The translations under genes were made by a program, and so were the position numbers. Source: Bacillota bacterium (GTDB lineage Bacteria > Bacillota > Limnochordia > Darwinibacteriales > Darwinibacteriaceae). Taken from it: a stretch of 60,862 nucleotides of DNA. The stretch is taken from the NCBI GenBank assembly GCA_012521335.1, contig JAAYMM010000017.1, forward strand, positions 1 through 60,862. Reading direction: 5' to 3'. The notes below the pieces were generated by a model. It was not told where the DNA came from. It saw only the letters and a list, made by a program, of their open reading frames with translations, and did not search any database. Below, piece after piece: positions 56,873 to 60,862 of the stretch (positions within the stretch are counted from its first letter, which is position 1; each line of letters opens with the position of its first letter).

Positions 56873-58498
56873 GTGCTGCACGCTCCGGGAACCCTAACTG
56901 TTTTTCTCAATGCTCGCATCCTCACCCTGGATCCCCGCCGGCCCACTGCCGCAGCCATGGCGGTCCAGGACGGCCTTATCCTGGCGGTGGGCACCCAGGA
57001 AGAAATGCTCGCGCTGGCAGGCCCAGAAGCAGCCCTGGTAGACCTGCAGGGGCAGGTGGTGCTCCCTGGCTTTCACGACAGCCATATGCACCTGCTCAGC
57101 TGGGGTCTGACCATGGACGGAGTGCAGCTTACGGGCGTTCGCTCTATGCGGGAGCTCATTGCAGAGGGCCAAGCCTATATACGTGACAATCCCGGCCGGC
57201 AGTGGATCATAGGTAGGGGATTTAGCGATGAGGTTTTCACCCCCCGCCGGCTGCCCACAAGGGAAGATTTGGATCAGATCTCAACCGTGCACCCCATTAT
57301 CTTCACCAGAGTGTGCGGGCATATCTGCAGCGTGAACTCGCGGGCTCTGGAACTCGCTGGAATCAACGGGGAGACTGCCGATCCTGCCGGCGGCCGCATT
57401 GACCGGGATCCAGCCACAGGCCAACCCACGGGAGTACTGCGGGAAAACGCCATGGATCTGGTAACGAGGCTTCTGCCCTCCCCCACGGTGGAAGACTACA
57501 AGAGGGCAATCTGCAGGGCCGGCACGGAAGCAGCTGCCCTGGGGCTAACCACAGTGCAGACCAATGACCTCCACGGGGCTTCCGGTCTGCAGGACAGGCT
57601 GCAGGCCTACTTGGATCTTGATCAGGCAGGGCAGCTGCCTCTGCGCATCATCCTCCAGGCGTCCACTCCAACCCTGGAAGACCTCCGCGCCTACGCGGAG
57701 ATCTACCGCAGCTGCCAACCGGGCGCGCAGCTGAAACTCGGCCCCGTCAAGCTCTATGCCGACGGGTCGCTGGGCGGTAGAACCGCGGCCTTAAGCCTGC
57801 CTTATGCCGATGCTCCGGAGACCGATGGCGTACTCATCTACCAGCAGGCCGAACTAGACGCCTTGGTGTGCACCGCGGCCGAGTATGATCTCCAGGTTGC
57901 GGTCCATGCCATCGGCGATGCGGCCCTCGATCAAGTACTGAACAGCTGCGAGCGGGCCCGGGAACGCCACCCGAACTGGTCTTGGCGCCCCCGGGTGATC
58001 CACGCGCAGATCACCAGATACGATCAGCTGGAGCGCATGGCCCGCCTGGGTGTGGTCGCGGATATCCAGCCCATCTTCGTACCCACGGACCTGCACTTTG
58101 TAGAGCGGCGGGTAGGCGCCACACTGGCCCAATACGCCTATGCCTGGAAAACCATGCAACGCTTAGGCATCCGCACAGCGGGCGGTTCCGACTGCCCAGT
58201 GGAACCCTGCAACCCGCTCGCTGGCCTGCATGCCGCCCTAACCAGGCAGGATGGCACCGGGTATCCCCCGGGAGGCTGGCAGCCCCAGGAGCGTTTGACT
58301 ATCGAGGAAGCGCTGCAGCTGTTTTCTTCCGGCCCGGCTTATGCCGCGCATGAAGAGCACCTCAAAGGCACCCTCAGCCCCGGCAAGCTGGCGGACTTCG
58401 TGGTGCTGCCCGCAGATCCTGCGGCACTAGACCCCTGGGAGCTGCTGGACCTGAAGGTTTCCGCCGCCTATGTGGGCGGCCTGCAGATGAGCCCATAG
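56873..58498 (+). CDS. Amidohydrolase family 3 (YtcJ-like)
   Basis: PGFHDSHMH, KLYADGSLGGRTA, VHAIGD, IHAQ, GGSDCPV. Confidence 0.92.
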   Translation: MLHAPGTLTVFLNARILTLDPRRPTAAAMAVQDGLILAVGTQEEMLALAGPEAALVDLQGQVVLPGFHDSHMHLLSWGLTMDGVQLTGVRSMRELIAEGQAYIRDNPGRQWIIGRGFSDEVFTPRRLPTREDLDQISTVHPIIFTRVCGHICSVNSRALELAGINGETADPAGGRIDRDPATGQPTGVLRENAMDLVTRLLPSPTVEDYKRAICRAGTEAAALGLTTVQTNDLHGASGLQDRLQAYLDLDQAGQLPLRIILQASTPTLEDLRAYAEIYRSCQPGAQLKLGPVKLYADGSLGGRTAALSLPYADAPETDGVLIYQQAELDALVCTAAEYDLQVAVHAIGDAALDQVLNSCERARERHPNWSWRPRVIHAQITRYDQLERMARLGVVADIQPIFVPTDLHFVERRVGATLAQYAYAWKTMQRLGIRTAGGSDCPVEPCNPLAGLHAALTRQDGTGYPPGGWQPQERLTIEEALQLFSSGPAYAAHEEHLKGTLSPGKLADFVVLPADPAALDPWELLDLKVSAAYVGGLQMSP

Positions 58499-58524
58499 AA
58501 AACGCCCGGCGTGCAGCCGGGCGT
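58499..58524 (-). terminator. Terminator for the ltaE transcript
   Basis: ACGCCCGGC-5 nt-GCCGGGCGT with a U-tract on the minus strand. Confidence 0.75.
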
Positions 58525-58529
58525 CTGCA

Positions 58530-59564
58530 TCAGTGATTTCGCAGCAGCTCTGCACAGCGGGCGACAAACCTCTCCGCCACCTCTTCTGGAGTGGCCCAGG
58601 AGGTGACCAGCCGGACCACGGAGTGGTCTGCATCCACCTTCTGCCAGATCAGAAACGCATAGTCTTTCTGAAGCTCAGCAATGAGCCAGTTGGGAAAGAC
58701 GGGGAAGATCTGGTTGGTGGGGGAATCCAGCAGAAAACGGCACCCCAAAGCCCGCAGGGCTTCCTGGATCTTGGCCGCTAGGCGGTTCGCATGGTCAGCC
58801 AGCTGGAAGAAGAGATCATCCCTGAACAGCTCCCGGAACTGCAGGCCTAACAGCCGGCCTTTGGCCAAGAGCGCTCCCTTCTGCTTGATGTGAAAGCGGA
58901 AGTCTTCCTTGAGCTGATCGCTGCAGATCACCAAGGCCTCCCCGATGAGGGCCCCGTTTTTGGTGCCGCCGACGTAAAAGGCATCGGTTAGATCAGCCAA
59001 ATCCGCCAGGGTGAGATCATTTCCCGGTGCAGTGAGGGCGGACCCCAGGCGCGCCCCATCCATGTAGAGCAGCAAGTTGTGCTCCCTGCAGAACCGGCTC
59101 AGTGCGCTGAGCTCCTGTTTCGTGTAGATGGACCCCAGCTCTGTGGCGTTGGATATGTAAACCAGCCTGGGTTTGACCATATGCTCGTCCAGGTGGAAGT
59201 CCACAACGGCCTGCACATCCTCGGGCCTGAGCTTACCCTCTTTACCGGGGGCGGTGACCACCTTATGGCCCGTTGCTTCGATCGCCCCAGCCTCATGCAA
59301 CTCGATATGCCCTGTCACTGCAGATACAGCCGCTTCATGGGGGCGCAGAAAGGCAGAGATGGCGATCATGTTCGTTTGGGTGCCGCCGGGGATGAAGTGG
59401 ATATCCACTTCACTGCGGCCAATTCTTGCTCGGAGCAGATCTGCCGCCTCTTGACAGAAGGGATCCTGACCGTAGCCTGCAGTCTGCTCTAAATTGGTGT
59501 CCAGCATGGCCTGGAGGATTCTGGGATGGGCGCCTTCACTGTAGTCATTCATCAAGCTGTACAT
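58530..59564 (-). CDS. ltaE: Low-specificity L-threonine aldolase
   Basis: NDYSEGAHP, GGTQTN, YMDGARLG, PLP lysine in GGTKNG. Confidence 0.92.
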   Translation of the reverse strand: MYSLMNDYSEGAHPRILQAMLDTNLEQTAGYGQDPFCQEAADLLRARIGRSEVDIHFIPGGTQTNMIAISAFLRPHEAAVSAVTGHIELHEAGAIEATGHKVVTAPGKEGKLRPEDVQAVVDFHLDEHMVKPRLVYISNATELGSIYTKQELSALSRFCREHNLLLYMDGARLGSALTAPGNDLTLADLADLTDAFYVGGTKNGALIGEALVICSDQLKEDFRFHIKQKGALLAKGRLLGLQFRELFRDDLFFQLADHANRLAAKIQEALRALGCRFLLDSPTNQIFPVFPNWLIAELQKDYAFLIWQKVDADHSVVRLVTSWATPEEVAERFVARCAELLRNH

Positions 59565-59618
59565 CTTCCTATCCCCTTCACTGTAGATTGTTTAGTAACA
59601 GTAGAACCAGTCCGTCTA

Positions 59619-60005
59619 TCAACCTTGGGCTTTGGCTCCGCGCAGCAGGGATTTGCCCCCGGAGTAAAGCAGCACCGCCACAGCTGCGGAAGTGCCCAGG
59701 CGTCCCCCAATCCCCACCAAGATACCCTGGCCTGCGTAGATGATCACAGCACACAAAGCGCTGATGGTCAGGATCTCCTTGTAGCTGCAGCAGCGCTCCA
59801 GGCTGCACATGGCGGCATAGGACACGGCCGTGCAGGTGAGGGCAAAGAGACCACCGGAAGCAAACAGCCCGGGGAGCACCAGGCCAGCAGTTAGGGCCAA
59901 AAGAGCCGAGACTTCCACAACAGTGAGCTTAGTGTTCCTCCGCAGCCAAAAACCTGCTGCGCCCCACACCAAGGCAAGGAGTATATTGGCCAGCAAAGTC
60001 TGCAT
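59619..60005 (-). CDS. Hypothetical membrane protein (paralog of the upstream gene)
   Basis: ATG 60005 overlaps the upstream TAA (TAATG); hydrophobic; GIGGRLGTSAA. Confidence 0.75.
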   Translation of the reverse strand: MQTLLANILLALVWGAAGFWLRRNTKLTVVEVSALLALTAGLVLPGLFASGGLFALTCTAVSYAAMCSLERCCSYKEILTISALCAVIIYAGQGILVGIGGRLGTSAAVAVLLYSGGKSLLRGAKAQG

Positions 60006-60502
60006 TAGATCCCTCCCATCACCGAGAGCACCACCAGCACCGCGGCCGCGGCAATGGTGCCCAAACGTCCTCCCACTCCTACCCACAGCTCATCGGAGAG
60101 CTCAAACAGAGCCCCTCCCAAGAGCCCCGCGATCAGCAGCGGGCCTAAGGAAGGGAACCGCAGCGCGGAGCTCATGCCTACAAAGGCACCCAAGTACATC
60201 ACCAGCTGATCCCTGTCCTTGAGCACCTGGGCTCCCAGCAGCCCCACTAGACCGGAAGCCACCACTGCCCCCAGCTCCAGCCGGGTACTCAGCAAAAAGG
60301 TGACCAGCGCAGCGGCGCCGCTGATCGCCGCAGAGCGGACCAGCCGGGCCGTAACCCTAAAACCGGGACGATTCACCGCCGCCCAGAGCCCCACAAGCAA
60401 AACGGCCAGCACCACCAGCCGGCCCGGGGTTGTGGAAAGCAAACCAAACACATCTAGAGCCGCTGCCAACAGCGGCAGGAGAATCAGGATTTGGTACCGC
60501 AT
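60005..60502 (-). CDS. Hypothetical membrane protein
   Basis: ATG 60502 after a GGGGGG SD; hydrophobic; YLGAFVGMS and GVGGRLGTIAA. Confidence 0.78.
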   Translation of the reverse strand: MRYQILILLPLLAAALDVFGLLSTTPGRLVVLAVLLVGLWAAVNRPGFRVTARLVRSAAISGAAALVTFLLSTRLELGAVVASGLVGLLGAQVLKDRDQLVMYLGAFVGMSSALRFPSLGPLLIAGLLGGALFELSDELWVGVGGRLGTIAAAAVLVVLSVMGGI

Positions 60503-60525
60503 CTGTTCTATCCCCCCAGTTTTCT

Positions 60526-60645
60526 CTAAGAAGAATTGGCTGCAGCACCCGTGTTTACCTCCTGTCCTGACCTGGGACAGTGGGGCAGCGCAGAGCTCAC
60601 TCGACGAAAACAAGCAGTTGCTATCCGATATTCGTAAGTGATCAT
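60526..60645 (-). CDS. 39-aa small ORF resembling a degenerate FmdB-type zinc ribbon
   Basis: GGAGG SD 5 nt before the ATG; MITYEYRIATACFRRVSSALPHCPRSGQEVNTGAAANSS. Confidence 0.3.
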   Translation of the reverse strand: MITYEYRIATACFRRVSSALPHCPRSGQEVNTGAAANSS

Positions 60646-60727
60646 CTTAACCTCCAACAACCAGGCCGAGCAGATCCAGGGTCTAATCGTGATATGAAGG
60701 CATTTTTGCTCGCAATGCAGGTAACCG

Positions 60728-60756
60728 TTGACAATTACTGTAAGTTGGACTATGAT
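60728..60756 (+). promoter_or_regulatory. Near-consensus sigmaA promoter pointing out of the window
   Basis: TTGACA-N17-TATGAT. Confidence 0.75.
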
Positions 60757-60862
60757 AATTTTACAACTATCTTTTATCTCATCTCAAGTCAACTGGATGT
60801 GGTGAACACACCGAACACCTAGGACTGCACAACGTCAGACCAATATTTCCAGCCGCCCATTC

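Noticed and set aside
60357-60548. 63-aa ORF with an AGGAGGT SD overlapping the membrane gene out of frame
   Set aside because: It has no recognisable features and overlaps a better-supported CDS; the SD may be coincidental.
60566-60575. CCAGGTCAGG resembling SRP RNA helix 8
   Set aside because: The following GNRA loop and GGAAGCAGC strand are absent; no riboswitch consensus could be matched either.
2411-60613. Upstream-extended starts in the ORF track (2411, 3176, 6996, 10961, 15432, 15495, 19579, 25569, 43441, 51070, 60086, 60613)
   Set aside because: Downstream starts have better SD spacing, stop/start coupling or family-typical N-termini.

Overview
About 61 kb of chromosome from a GC-rich (by eye, not computed), spore-forming Firmicute (tlp with a sigmaG-type promoter). 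It also encodes probable outer-membrane beta-barrel proteins and non-lipidated binding proteins, which suggests a diderm, Limnochordia-like lineage (inference). The left ~13 kb is mostly housekeeping: XRE-cupin regulator with potAB, a ZIP transporter, an orphan flagellin, phosphomutase plus nucleotidyltransferase, NUDIX, serine hydrolase, a RelA/SpoT-domain protein, malic enzyme and PatB. The centre (13.4-43.0 kb) is a ~30 kb glucuronoxylan-type utilisation island with GH67, GH3, GH10, GH2, an SGNH acetylesterase, a glucarate-dehydratase-like enolase, a GntR regulator and three ATPase-less ABC permease pairs. It contains an uncharacterised NHL/TPR/Yip1 + DUF5696-like + giant binding-protein module, one binding-protein gene broken by a single in-frame TAG, and two near-identical 55-bp promoter/operator cassettes. 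The right part holds tlp, a patatin-barrel protein, eda, a TetR-MMPL-LolA-like-barrel operon, a 2H phosphoesterase, a flavodiiron protein, an MCP, a polysaccharide deacetylase, a damaged AraC gene, an amidohydrolase, threonine aldolase and a pair of paralogous small membrane proteins. I saw no rRNA, tRNA, CRISPR array or transposase. Family assignments come from motif recognition, not database searches.
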